This document shows positions 30,500 through 40,538 of a stretch of DNA of 45,657 nt, piece after piece. The DNA is taken from IMG/VR virus record IMGVR_UViG_3300045988_020044, positions 1 to 45,657 of that record; one strand, written 5' to 3'. Below the pieces are notes generated by a model. The model was given only the letters and a program-made list of their open reading frames with translations, did not search any database and had not been told where the DNA came from. A program made the translations under genes and the position numbers. This stretch comes from a virus. Position 1 is the stretch's first letter; each line of letters begins with the position of its first letter.

Positions 30500-31000
30500 A
30501 TGGCTGCTGATGGCTCAGTCATTATTGATACCAGAATGGACACATCAGGCGTGCAAAACGGTGTATCAGCAATCAGACAGTCTTTTAACGGACTTGGCAG
30601 CGTAGTAAAAAAAATAGGCATACTGATTGGCGGAGCATTCGCAATTGGGAAACTGGCCCAGTTTGGGAAAGAGTGCGTAGAACTTGGCTCTAATCTGGCA
30701 GAAGTGCAGAACGTGGTTGATGTTACATTTACAACCATGTCTGATAAGGTAAACGAATTTGCGAAGAACGCCATGACCTCAGCCGGACTGTCAGAAACGA
30801 TGGCGAAACAATATGTTGGTACATTCGGAGCAATGTCTAAGTCGTTCGGATTTTCAGAACAGCAGGCTTATGATATGTCAACGGCTCTGACACAGCTAAC
30901 TGGTGATGTGGCATCATTTTACAACATTAGTCAGGACTTGGCTTATATAAAACTGAAGTCAGTTTTTACAGGAGAAACGGAAACACTTAAAGACTTGGGT
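30500..31000 (+). CDS. tape measure protein, exon 1 (167 codons)
   Basis: Ends ...KSVFTGETETLKDLG. The conserved TMP core continues at 31900. Confidence 0.8.
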
Positions 31001-31167
31001 TAACAATTAGCTCCCTTACACAGCAATGTGTATTGAATAACATGGTGAACGAAGAAATCTTCGGTGTGTTGCTTTATGAGCAATGCTAACGGTAAAAGCC
31101 TAAAATTATTTAAAAAACTTGTGGTTATGACACCTATATGATATAATATTTATAGGAGGTGATTTCC

Positions 31168-31710
31168 ATGAGTGAAGAAATTTGGAAAGATATTAACGGC
31201 TACGAAGGTCTGTATCAAGTAAGCAATCTGGGAAGAATAAAAAGTCTTGAGCGTAGATGCAAGGCAAAATGGTATACAAGAAAAGTACCAGAGAAAATTT
31301 ATTCTCCTGCGCTTGATACTTACGGTTATCCAATAGTCTCTTTGCATAAAGACGGCAAAAAGAAAACAATTACAATTCATAAATTGGTTGCAAATGCTTT
31401 TCTTGAAAAGCCGGACGGTTGCAATTCTATTAATCACATTGACGAAAACAAGCAGAATAATTGCGTTGAAAATCTTGAATGGTGTACTGTTCAAGAAAAC
31501 AATGCTTATGGAACGAGAGTAGAACGATTAAGAAAAACTCAGCAAAGAGCGGTTCTACAATGTGATTTAGATGGAAATGTAATTAGAGAATGGGAGGGGA
31601 TGAACTTCCTTTGTAGAGAAACAGGATATGACCAAGGCTTAATATCTAAAGTATGCAATAATGTTCACAGACATCGTACTGCATATGGATTCAAATGGAA
31701 ATTTAAATAA
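31168..31710 (+). CDS. HNH homing endonuclease (NUMOD4 plus HNH_3), intron-encoded
   Basis: EEIWKDINGYEGLYQVSNLGRI and INHIDENKQNNCVENLEWCT; GGAGGTG SD. Confidence 0.85.
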   Translation: MSEEIWKDINGYEGLYQVSNLGRIKSLERRCKAKWYTRKVPEKIYSPALDTYGYPIVSLHKDGKKKTITIHKLVANAFLEKPDGCNSINHIDENKQNNCVENLEWCTVQENNAYGTRVERLRKTQQRAVLQCDLDGNVIREWEGMNFLCRETGYDQGLISKVCNNVHRHRTAYGFKWKFK

Positions 31711-31737
31711 TCATGGCAATACCGTGCTAAGCATCGA

Positions 31738-31763
31738 AGAGTCTCAATAAGAGGCTCTTTTTT
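31738..31763 (+). terminator. terminator-like hairpin plus T-run inside the intron, after the HNH ORF
   Basis: Stem AGAGTCTC/GAGGCTCT with loop AATAA, then TTTTTT. Confidence 0.45.
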
Positions 31764-31899
31764 GATGAAAGTGTAACGACTATTCCGTAAGGAAGTAGGT
31801 TTAGGGTGAAATTCCCTATTCCGAAGTGCCATGCATCCTATTTGGATGAAGAGATAGTCTACTCCCCTAATAAATATCGGGAAACCGAGGGTATAAAGG

Positions 31900-34509
31900 G
31901 TCGTTATGACACAAAGCGCGCTTGACCAGTACGCACTTGCAAACGGCTATGGCAAAACCACATCTGCCATGACTGAACAGGAGAAAGTGGCCCTCCGTTT
32001 GGCTTTTGTGCAGAAACAGCTATCTGCCGCATCCGGTGATTTCATTCGAACATCTGGCTCATGGGCAAACCAGGTACGAGTGATGCAGTTACAGCTGCAA
32101 TCTCTCAAGGCAACAGTTGGACAGGGATTAATCAATCTCTTCACTCCTGTCCTGAAAGTTATTAACACTCTTCTTGGAAAATTGGCAACATTGGCAAACG
32201 CATTTAAGTCATTTACGGAGTTAATCACTGGTAAGAAATCTTCTGGCCAGACAGGTGCAAGTGGCGCAGGTCTTGTCGGAACAGACCCGATGGCTGATAC
32301 GGCAGACCAATATGGAGATGCCGCCGACAACGCCGAGAAACTGGCAGATGCGACAAATGATACAGCAGATGCAACTAAGAAAGCTACTAAGGCGGCAAAA
32401 GGATATCTTAGCCCTCTTGACGAAATAAATAATTACTCAACTGATAAAAGTGTGGATTCGTCATCAAAAGTACCGGGTGCACCGGGCGCAACCGGCGGAC
32501 TTGCGGACAAAATGAAAGATGCTGTGCAAAACGTTGATTATGGAAAAGTAGCAGAGGGTGAGACAGTTCTTGATAAGATGTCAAAGCCGTTAGAGAAGAT
32601 AATCGACAGGTTTAAACAGCTGGCTAAGTTAATCGCAAAAGGATTCTGGGATGGGTTAGGAGACTACGAGCCGATTTTTGAAGGAATAAAAAAGGACCTT
32701 GATTCTATACGGAAATCCTTAAAGGATATCTTCACTGACCCGGAAGTTACCAAAGCAGCAAATAATTTTTTCGATTCATATGCATATGCAATTGGGCAAG
32801 TTGCTGGTTCATTCGCCAGAATTGGATTGACAATTGCGCAAAACATCATAGGTGGAATCGAGAAGTTTCTGAGTCAAAACGTACAAAGAATAAAAAACTA
32901 TCTGATAGATATGTTTAATATCGGCTCTGAAATTGCACAAATAGGCGGAAACCTTGCAGTTGCTTTTGCCGATGTTTTCTCAGTTTTTGGCGGAGAAACT
33001 GCGCAACAAATTACAGCGAATTTAATTGGAATCTTTGCTGAAATTGGAATGGCTCTTACGGAAACAGCTGCGAAACTTGGCAGAGATATTCTGAACATGA
33101 TTGCGCAGCCTTTTATCGACAATAAGGACATTTTAAAGTCAGCAATCGAGGGTAGCCTCGGAGTAATAGAAACCGTAACAAGTAGTGTTCTAACAGTTAT
33201 TCAAACCCTTAGCGACGCAATATCGAGGTTATACGATGAACATATAAAACCGTTTTTTGATTCTATAGCGAATGGATTATCAAGCATATTTGAGACTCTG
33301 ATAACTGGATACAACACCTATATTCTTCCAGTTCTGCAAGGATTGGCAGAGCAATTCAAAGGGCTATTAGAGGGACCATTAGGGGACGCAATTTTAAAGA
33401 TAGAAACATTTCTCGGAAAACTCATTGATTCTCTGAAACTTCTATGGGAATCGGTGTTAGCTCCTTTAATTAACTGGATAATCGCGAATTTGCTTCCGGT
33501 TGTTGCGAAGATAATTGATGTTGTGGGGACTACAGCAATGAAAGTGATAAAATCACTGATTAAAATAATCGGTGATGTGGCAGATACACTGAGCGGAATC
33601 ATCGATTTTCTTGTTGGTGTCTTTACGGGAGACTGGAAGCTGGCTTGGCAGGGAATAAAAGAAATTGCAAGTGGAGTATGGAATCTTATCAAGGACGTTA
33701 TATCGGGTGCATGGAGTGCGATTAAAAGCATAATAAAAGGTGCACTGGGTATAATAAAAAGTGTTATTAACACTGCATGGAATGCGATCAAAACAGCAAC
33801 TTCGACGGTCTGGAATGCGATTAAAAAGACTCTTTCTGGATTATGGAACGCTCTTAAAACCACAGTAAAAACAGTGTTTAATACAATAAAGACTAAGGTC
33901 GTAGGCGTGTGGGATAACATAAAGGATAAAACATCCCAAGTATGGAAAAGCGTTACTACCTTTATATCTACTAAGGTCGAAGCAATAAAAACTGCTATTA
34001 CTGATAAATTTAACGCCGCCAGAGATGCAGTAAAATCTGCGTTCGAGAGAATTGTGGACTTTATTAAAAAGCCAATTAATAAAGCAATAAGCATTGTTAA
34101 TAGCGCAGTCGGAATGATTAATAGTGCGATTGGCGGAATTGAATCGGCTTTCTCCTTTGGGCCTTGGACTGTTCCAACACCGTTTGGTTCAAAGACTATT
34201 GGATTTCATGCAACATTTCCACGTATCGGAACTATCCCATATCTGGCCAGTGGCGCAGTTATTCCACCACGAAGCGAATTCCTTGCGGTATTAGGCGACC
34301 AGAAAAAGGGTAATAACTTGGAAGCACCGGAAAGCCTGTTACGTCAGATTGTCCGGGAGGAATCAGGAAAAGGACAGGGAGATGGAAATACCTACAATGT
34401 TACAGTTAATGCATCTGGCAGAAAACTGTTAGACATTATCATTGATGAAGCAGAACTTAGGAGACGTAGAAATGGCGGTCAGAATCCATTCTTGTTAGGA
34501 GGTGTGTAA
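31900..34509 (+). CDS. tape measure protein, exon 2
   Basis: In-frame GTC GTT ATG... gives VVMTQSALDQYALANGYGK...GDFIRTSGSWANQVRV, the typical TP901-type TMP core. Confidence 0.8.
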   Translation, partial: VVMTQSALDQYALANGYGKTTSAMTEQEKVALRLAFVQKQLSAASGDFIRTSGSWANQVRVMQLQLQSLKATVGQGLINLFTPVLKVINTLLGKLATLANAFKSFTELITGKKSSGQTGASGAGLVGTDPMADTADQYGDAADNAEKLADATNDTADATKKATKAAKGYLSPLDEINNYSTDKSVDSSSKVPGAPGATGGLADKMKDAVQNVDYGKVAEGETVLDKMSKPLEKIIDRFKQLAKLIAKGFWDGLGDYEPIFEGIKKDLDSIRKSLKDIFTDPEVTKAANNFFDSYAYAIGQVAGSFARIGLTIAQNIIGGIEKFLSQNVQRIKNYLIDMFNIGSEIAQIGGNLAVAFADVFSVFGGETAQQITANLIGIFAEIGMALTETAAKLGRDILNMIAQPFIDNKDILKSAIEGSLGVIETVTSSVLTVIQTLSDAISRLYDEHIKPFFDSIANGLSSIFETLITGYNTYILPVLQGLAEQFKGLLEGPLGDAILKIETFLGKLIDSLKLLWESVLAPLINWIIANLLPVVAKIIDVVGTTAMKVIKSLIKIIGDVADTLSGIIDFLVGVFTGDWKLAWQGIKEIASGVWNLIKDVISGAWSAIKSIIKGALGIIKSVINTAWNAIKTATSTVWNAIKKTLSGLWNALKTTVKTVFNTIKTKVVGVWDNIKDKTSQVWKSVTTFISTKVEAIKTAITDKFNAARDAVKSAFERIVDFIKKPINKAISIVNSAVGMINSAIGGIESAFSFGPWTVPTPFGSKTIGFHATFPRIGTIPYLASGAVIPPRSEFLAVLGDQKKGNNLEAPESLLRQIVREESGKGQGDGNTYNVTVNASGRKLLDIIIDEAELRRRRNGGQNPFLLGGV

Positions 34510-34887
34510 ATGGCACAGGAACAGTTTAAGATTGACGGGGTCATTATAAAGGCCCCTGACACATATAAACCAGTGTTCGCAACTACATCAACAGAAAGCT
34601 CTAAGAGAAGTCAGGATCTTGTTATGCACAACACTCCAATGGGAACTATCGCCGGATATGACATGGAATGGGGCGAGCTTAAATGGGGAGAGATTGCAAC
34701 GATTCTCAACTCTATGATTAATAAAAGCCAGTTCACTTTTCATCACAAAGACCCTCGGACACCCGGCAAATGGATTGATGAAACGTTCTATGCATCTAAT
34801 TTCAACATGGCAGCGCAAACGCTCAAGGATAACGAAGAACGATGGACGGGATTAACTATTAATGTAAGGAGTGTTCGACCGGTATGA
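34510..34887 (+). CDS. putative distal tail protein (small, 125 aa)
   Basis: Position directly after the tape measure gene. Confidence 0.45.
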   Translation: MAQEQFKIDGVIIKAPDTYKPVFATTSTESSKRSQDLVMHNTPMGTIAGYDMEWGELKWGEIATILNSMINKSQFTFHHKDPRTPGKWIDETFYASNFNMAAQTLKDNEERWTGLTINVRSVRPV

Positions 34888-37800
34888 TTAATGTTACAAA
34901 TCAGTTAAAAACAGAATCCCTCTTAAATAGTAACTATTATGTTACGGCGAATGCGGTGCTGCGTGATGGGACAACTTTAAACCTGGGAAAAGAAGACTTC
35001 TACCTTGACGGAAACGGCATTGTGGATTCTTCTGATTCCGGTGATTTCCCGATAGGTGTAGCCATTGAAAAGACAGCAACATTGGCACTGGTCAATGATG
35101 ATGATAGATTCTCTGACTACAACTTTGCCGGGGCACAGTTCACCCTATTTTTAAATTTGCAACTATCTGATAGATTAGAAACCATTCGCCGCGGCACATT
35201 CATTGTATCAAAAAAACCTGCCACGTCCGATGAGATTAATCTCACTTTGCTGGACTATATGAGCAAGGCAGAGACAGGATACAATACAAACCTTGTTTTC
35301 CCATGCTCTGTCAGAGAGGTTTTAGAAGATGCCTGTCAGCAGACCGGGATTGTGTTAGGTGACGCAACATTTAAAAACGCAGACTATCAGGTGCAGAAGA
35401 AGCCCGAGAACACCACTTTTAGAGCAGTAATTGGTATGGTTGCAGCTTTGGCAGGTGGCAACGCTCGCATTGACGAAAACGATAATTTGCGAATTATCAC
35501 TTTTGACGATAATACGGATACTATTACATTAGAAACAGTTCCATGGTATGACATTAATGGAAACACTATCCTTGACATTGATAGTAACGAGATTGAGACA
35601 ATTCTCGAGCGAAAAGGATTTAATCTAAATGCTATCAGGAACCTTACCTATGATGTTGACGATGCGGTTGTTACTGGGGTTAAATATACAGATAATGAGA
35701 CGGAATACAAGTACGGTACAGACGGATATGTCATCACGATTGACAACAAGCTTCTGAGTGGCAATGAACAGACGGGTGTTGACCTGATCGGAAAAGAACT
35801 TGTCGGTATGAGATTAAGACCATTCTCTTGTGACAGCATAGCAATCGGATACGCCACATTTGGAGATAGAATTACATTTTCCGACATTAAAGGCAATATT
35901 TACTATTCATATCTGACAGATGTAGACTTCGCATTCTCTGGCAGTACAAGCTTCTCTTGTAATGCAAAGAGCATGGAAGACATCGATGCTGACTATCCAG
36001 ACAGCATACAGGTCGAGGTCGACAACATAAAGAAAGATTCCGAGAAAAAGATTACTGCCTATGATGCAAAATTAAAGCAGATGAACGAACTGGCGGCTAA
36101 CACCCTTGGATTCTACTATACGGAAGAAATTCAGGCAGACGGCTCGACGGTATCATATCGTCACGACAAGCCTACGCTTGCTGATTCTAAAGTAATCTAC
36201 AAGACGGGTGTTGATGGATTCTTCTTGTCAGTAGACGGAGGCCGGACTTGGAAAGCCGGATTTGACAGCAACGGTGATGCAGTGCTGAACATTCTGTATG
36301 CTATCGGCATTCAGTCTGACTGGATTAACACTAGGGGATTCACGGCAAAAGACAATGACGGCAATATTACATTCCGCATTGACGCAGAGACAGGGGCTGT
36401 CAATCTTAATGCTACAGAACTCACGATCAAAGGAAAAACGCCTGAGAACGTGGCAAATGCCGAGGTTGAGAAGTTTATTACAGAGGTATATTCTCCGCAG
36501 ATTAAAGTTCTTCAGGAGCAGATTGACGGACAGATAGAAGCATTCTTTGGAGACTATGTTCCTGATGGCAATAATGAACCGGCGTCCACTTGGACAGATG
36601 ACGCAACTAAAGAAAAGCACTTAGGCGACCTGTTTTATATTGTAAACAACGAAGAATATGGTGGACAGGCTTACAGATATGCAAAGATTAATGGCGAATA
36701 CAAGTGGGATTATGTAAAAGACACTGCGGTGGTCAAAGCTCTGGCTGATGCGGCGCAGGCACAAAACACGGCAAATGCAAAGAAGAGAATTTTCGGAGCA
36801 GAGCCGGTTCCACCTTACGATATTGACGATTTATGGGTTCAGGGAAAGACAGGGGACATTCTTAAGTGTCAAAAGGCAAAGGCAGAGGGCGCAAGCTATG
36901 ACGCCGATGACTGGGTGAGAGCATCTAAGTATACAGATGATTCAGCAGTTACAACCTTTATCAAGGGCGTTTTTGCTGATACGATTGAAAGCCTCCAAGA
37001 GCAACTTGATGGCAAGATTCAGACCTGGAGCCAGGATACAGACCCGGCGCTTGAATGGACAGAAACAGAAGAGATTCCGTGGACAGATGTTGATGGCAAT
37101 TCCATTCTGGACGTAGGCGGAAATGAGATTTTAATTGTTTGGGAAAAAGGTAAATATATCCACAAAGGAGACCTTTGGCAGAATACCGCCAATAACGCTA
37201 ACACGCGCTGGCGGTGGGATGGAAATGAATGGGTTGAACAGAAAGCCCCAGATTATCTGTTTGATAAGATTGATGGGAAAGCAGCAGTTTATTTCGAACA
37301 GCCTAAGCCACCATACAACATGGGAGATTTCTGGATCACATCAAAAGCAGATGGCGAAGCTTCTATCAAAACAGCGGTTAGAAGCCGGTCGGATGGCGCA
37401 TTTACTGACACTGACTGGATTGATTTCAAATATGCCGATAAAACTGACATTGACAATGCGGTAAAAGAGTATGATACAAGCCTTGGACAGGATGAAGTAT
37501 TTAATAAGCTGACGAACGGCGGTGAAGACCAGGGAATTTATATACAGGACAAGAAACTGTATATCAATGCAAATTACATCCTTGCAGGCGTTTTGGCAGG
37601 CAAATTTATCAATGCGAAAGGCATAAAGGTTATTGATAAGGACAACCAAACAACCTTATACATTGATGATAACGGGAAAGTTCATATTCTTGCCACCGAA
37701 TTTTCTTTGCAGGGCAAGAGCGTATCCGATATTGCCACGGATGCGGCTACGGAAGAAGCGAAGAAATATAAGACTCTAAATGTAACATTATCGAATGAGT

Positions 37801-39692
37801 ATCAGGGTATTCCAACGGATGCGGAAGGTAATTACACAGCATTCCCTGAGTGCAAAACGACGGTGACGGCGTTGTATGGCGATGAGAATGTTACAAACAG
37901 CGCAACTATAACGTTTACTGCCGGAAGCGGGGTTACGGGTTCAAAATCAGGAGCAACATATACAGTAACGGCACTTTCATCTGATACAGGAATTATTACG
38001 GTGTCAGTTTCTTATAATAATCTCTCTGTTGAGAAGCAGTTTGCAATTGCAAAACAGAAACAGGGTATTCAGGGATTACAGGGTATTCAGGGAATAAATG
38101 GAAAAGACGGAATAAGTGGAAAAGACGGTCAGGACGGAAAGACATCTTATTTTCATATCAAATATAGTTCTGTTGCAAACCCGACTTCTTCCAGTCAGAT
38201 GAGTGAAACGCCAAGTACCTATATTGGCACTTATGTGGACTATACAGAAGCGGATAGCGACGACCCTGGCAAATACACATGGAGTCGATTTGAAGGCAAG
38301 GACGGGGCACAAGGAATCCCTGGAACAAATGGAGATAACGGGCAAACATCTTATCTCCATATTGCTTATGCGACCAGTTCTGACGGAAAAACAGGTTTCT
38401 CAGTGTCTGATAGTGCAGGCAAGACTTACATCGGGCAGTATACCGATTTTAAAGAGAATGATTCTACAAATCCAAGTGATTACAGCTGGACGAAGATAAA
38501 AGGCGATACTGGAAACGGTGTATCTGCAATTGTGCAACATTACCTTGCTTCTTCAAGTTCATCAGGTGTGACAACATCCACATCAGGTTGGACGGAATCT
38601 GTGCAGACACCAACATCATCTAAAAGATATTTGTGGAATTATCAGACAACCACATACACGGACGGAACGAGTGTGAACACTACTCCACATGTTATCGGTG
38701 TATACGGAGAAAAAGGCGATGATGGCAAAGACGCGTCAGATATGACCCAGTTGGATATTTTTAATAAATTGACCAACAACGGGGAAACACAGGGGCTATA
38801 TCTTTATAACAACAAGGTGTATCTGAATGCCTCGTATATTGACACCGGGTATCTGGCTGGATGGGGAGTTGGATATAAAAAGCTTTCAGCAAATGGCACG
38901 TATGGAGAAGTAACGCTAGACGCTTCAGCTGGGGAAATCTATTCAGAGACGAATACAGGAATATATGTGCCGGGGTACGGGACGTTGTATGGAACGCGAA
39001 TCAGAGGAATCAATCTTTATACAGGAACCGTACACGCAAGCTCAGCCTCGTTTAATACTAGCGTTTCGGCGAGCAGCGTTTCAGCGAGCAGTGTTTCAGC
39101 ATCAGGAAAAGTTAAAGCAGGCACACACGTAGAAGCCAGTGGTCATTTCTATAGCATCGGAACGGGAACGGACCTTGCAGATGCTTCTATCAGAGGGAAG
39201 TTGAAAGTAAGCGGGACAAAATCAAGATCAGTTTCGACGGTAGACTATGATGAGCAACTCTTTTACTGCTATGAAATGTCAACCCCATTCTTTGGAGATA
39301 TCGGTGAATCTGTAATATCGGATGACGGGACTTGTATGATTGACATAGATGATATCTTTCAGGAATCTGCGAATGTCGGCATTAAATATTATGTGTTCTT
39401 GCAAAGAGAAGGAGAGGGCGACTGCTGGATAGCTGAGAAAGAGCAGAATTATTTTGTTGTAAAAGGAACTCCGGGACTTAAATTTTCGTTCGAAATCAAA
39501 GCAAGACAAGCTGAATATGAGCATATGCGATTTACTGACCCGGGAGATACGGCTTATACAGACGCAAGAGATATAGAAATCTCGGAACCAGATTATGAAT
39601 CAGAAGAAACAGAGGTCTCGGAACCAGATTATGAATCAGAACTTACTAACGACAGATTAAGCATTATCAATCAGATGGAGGTAATATCATGA
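34884..39692 (+). CDS. tail-associated/receptor-binding protein (Tal-like N-terminus, collagen-like G-X-Y runs, duplicated beta-rich modules)
   Basis: 1602 aa after Dit. G-X-Y x9 at 38064-38144. Duplicated TSY(F/L)HI(K/A)Y...Y(T/S)W modules. Confidence 0.75.
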   Translation: MINVTNQLKTESLLNSNYYVTANAVLRDGTTLNLGKEDFYLDGNGIVDSSDSGDFPIGVAIEKTATLALVNDDDRFSDYNFAGAQFTLFLNLQLSDRLETIRRGTFIVSKKPATSDEINLTLLDYMSKAETGYNTNLVFPCSVREVLEDACQQTGIVLGDATFKNADYQVQKKPENTTFRAVIGMVAALAGGNARIDENDNLRIITFDDNTDTITLETVPWYDINGNTILDIDSNEIETILERKGFNLNAIRNLTYDVDDAVVTGVKYTDNETEYKYGTDGYVITIDNKLLSGNEQTGVDLIGKELVGMRLRPFSCDSIAIGYATFGDRITFSDIKGNIYYSYLTDVDFAFSGSTSFSCNAKSMEDIDADYPDSIQVEVDNIKKDSEKKITAYDAKLKQMNELAANTLGFYYTEEIQADGSTVSYRHDKPTLADSKVIYKTGVDGFFLSVDGGRTWKAGFDSNGDAVLNILYAIGIQSDWINTRGFTAKDNDGNITFRIDAETGAVNLNATELTIKGKTPENVANAEVEKFITEVYSPQIKVLQEQIDGQIEAFFGDYVPDGNNEPASTWTDDATKEKHLGDLFYIVNNEEYGGQAYRYAKINGEYKWDYVKDTAVVKALADAAQAQNTANAKKRIFGAEPVPPYDIDDLWVQGKTGDILKCQKAKAEGASYDADDWVRASKYTDDSAVTTFIKGVFADTIESLQEQLDGKIQTWSQDTDPALEWTETEEIPWTDVDGNSILDVGGNEILIVWEKGKYIHKGDLWQNTANNANTRWRWDGNEWVEQKAPDYLFDKIDGKAAVYFEQPKPPYNMGDFWITSKADGEASIKTAVRSRSDGAFTDTDWIDFKYADKTDIDNAVKEYDTSLGQDEVFNKLTNGGEDQGIYIQDKKLYINANYILAGVLAGKFINAKGIKVIDKDNQTTLYIDDNGKVHILATEFSLQGKSVSDIATDAATEEAKKYKTLNVTLSNEYQGIPTDAEGNYTAFPECKTTVTALYGDENVTNSATITFTAGSGVTGSKSGATYTVTALSSDTGIITVSVSYNNLSVEKQFAIAKQKQGIQGLQGIQGINGKDGISGKDGQDGKTSYFHIKYSSVANPTSSSQMSETPSTYIGTYVDYTEADSDDPGKYTWSRFEGKDGAQGIPGTNGDNGQTSYLHIAYATSSDGKTGFSVSDSAGKTYIGQYTDFKENDSTNPSDYSWTKIKGDTGNGVSAIVQHYLASSSSSGVTTSTSGWTESVQTPTSSKRYLWNYQTTTYTDGTSVNTTPHVIGVYGEKGDDGKDASDMTQLDIFNKLTNNGETQGLYLYNNKVYLNASYIDTGYLAGWGVGYKKLSANGTYGEVTLDASAGEIYSETNTGIYVPGYGTLYGTRIRGINLYTGTVHASSASFNTSVSASSVSASSVSASGKVKAGTHVEASGHFYSIGTGTDLADASIRGKLKVSGTKSRSVSTVDYDEQLFYCYEMSTPFFGDIGESVISDDGTCMIDIDDIFQESANVGIKYYVFLQREGEGDCWIAEKEQNYFVVKGTPGLKFSFEIKARQAEYEHMRFTDPGDTAYTDARDIEISEPDYESEETEVSEPDYESELTNDRLSIINQMEVIS

Positions 39693-39889
39693 AGAAGATT
39701 TTAACAAGTTTTATGAATCTTAGTACCGGAGAAGGAAGTCGCATTGCTTACACCTATTCTGAGGTAAACGAGGAAACAGGAGAAGTTGTCAGCCAGAACA
39801 ATAAAGGGAATTTCCTTGTGATGGATGACGATGTACAGGCTCATCTTGATGCAGTTAAAAAATATATCAGGGACAAATATTTAGTATAA
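39689..39889 (+). CDS. hypothetical protein (66 aa)
   Basis: ORF track. Confidence 0.55.
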   Translation: MKKILTSFMNLSTGEGSRIAYTYSEVNEETGEVVSQNNKGNFLVMDDDVQAHLDAVKKYIRDKYLV

Positions 39890-39902
39890 GGAGGAAACAG
39901 TC

Positions 39903-40427
39903 ATGCCAAAGTGGACAGATTATACGACAAAAACAAACCCCGCAGATAACGATGAAGTAATGGTACTTGATACAGCAGGCAAGGCAAACAAACGTCTTGG
40001 TTTGTCGGCGTTGTCAGATTGGATTATAGGAAAGATTGCAAACAAAGTATTTGAAAATTTGCAGACACAAAACAAGACAATTCTGGGGGCACTTAATGAA
40101 TTAAATAGTAAGGCTGGGACGATTTACAGCAAGGGTATTATGAATTATGGAACTGCATACAATGCAGTAGTAATACATTCATCTAATACTTTAATGAGAG
40201 AACTAGGCTTATTTGTAATGCTTACTGGAAGCGAAAGTAAACAATTTGGGGCGTTTATTTACGGTATGTCGGATAACAAAGTAAAACGCGCAGAGATAAT
40301 AAATAATGGAAATGTATCAGTTACAGGTGACCTGACAGATAATAGCATAACCATAGAAATCGGGAATTGGGGCAGAGGTGTTGTCTTTTCATATGCTCAA
40401 TTCAATATAGAAATAAAAAAATTATAG
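39903..40427 (+). CDS. hypothetical tail-fibre-associated protein (174 aa)
   Basis: The N-terminus PKWTDYTTKTNPADNDEVMVLD... is common in phage fibre proteins. Confidence 0.5.
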   Translation: MPKWTDYTTKTNPADNDEVMVLDTAGKANKRLGLSALSDWIIGKIANKVFENLQTQNKTILGALNELNSKAGTIYSKGIMNYGTAYNAVVIHSSNTLMRELGLFVMLTGSESKQFGAFIYGMSDNKVKRAEIINNGNVSVTGDLTDNSITIEIGNWGRGVVFSYAQFNIEIKKL

Positions 40428-40538
40428 TCTTCTCATTTAATTCACTAAAAATTTCATAAAAAGCTACCTCTCGGCCCTAACCGTAGCTAGCCTTTTCGTG
40501 AGGCTATGAGCTGAAATAGCAGAAAGGAGCAACACGAT

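Larger units (their letters stand above)
31001..31899 (+). mobile_element. putative group I intron carrying an HNH homing endonuclease ORF
   Basis: P1-like hairpin with a U-G pair at the 5' splice site, terminal G at 31899, three GNRA-capped hairpins, and long-range pairing 31712-18 with 31827-33. Confidence 0.65.

Noticed and set aside
31738-31763. Treating the hairpin plus T6 after the intron HNH ORF as proof that the TMP is two separate transcription units
   Set aside because: It could equally be a peripheral intron stem. The flanking GNRA hairpins, the U-G splice-site geometry and the terminal G favour an intron. It is kept as a caveat inside the intron finding.
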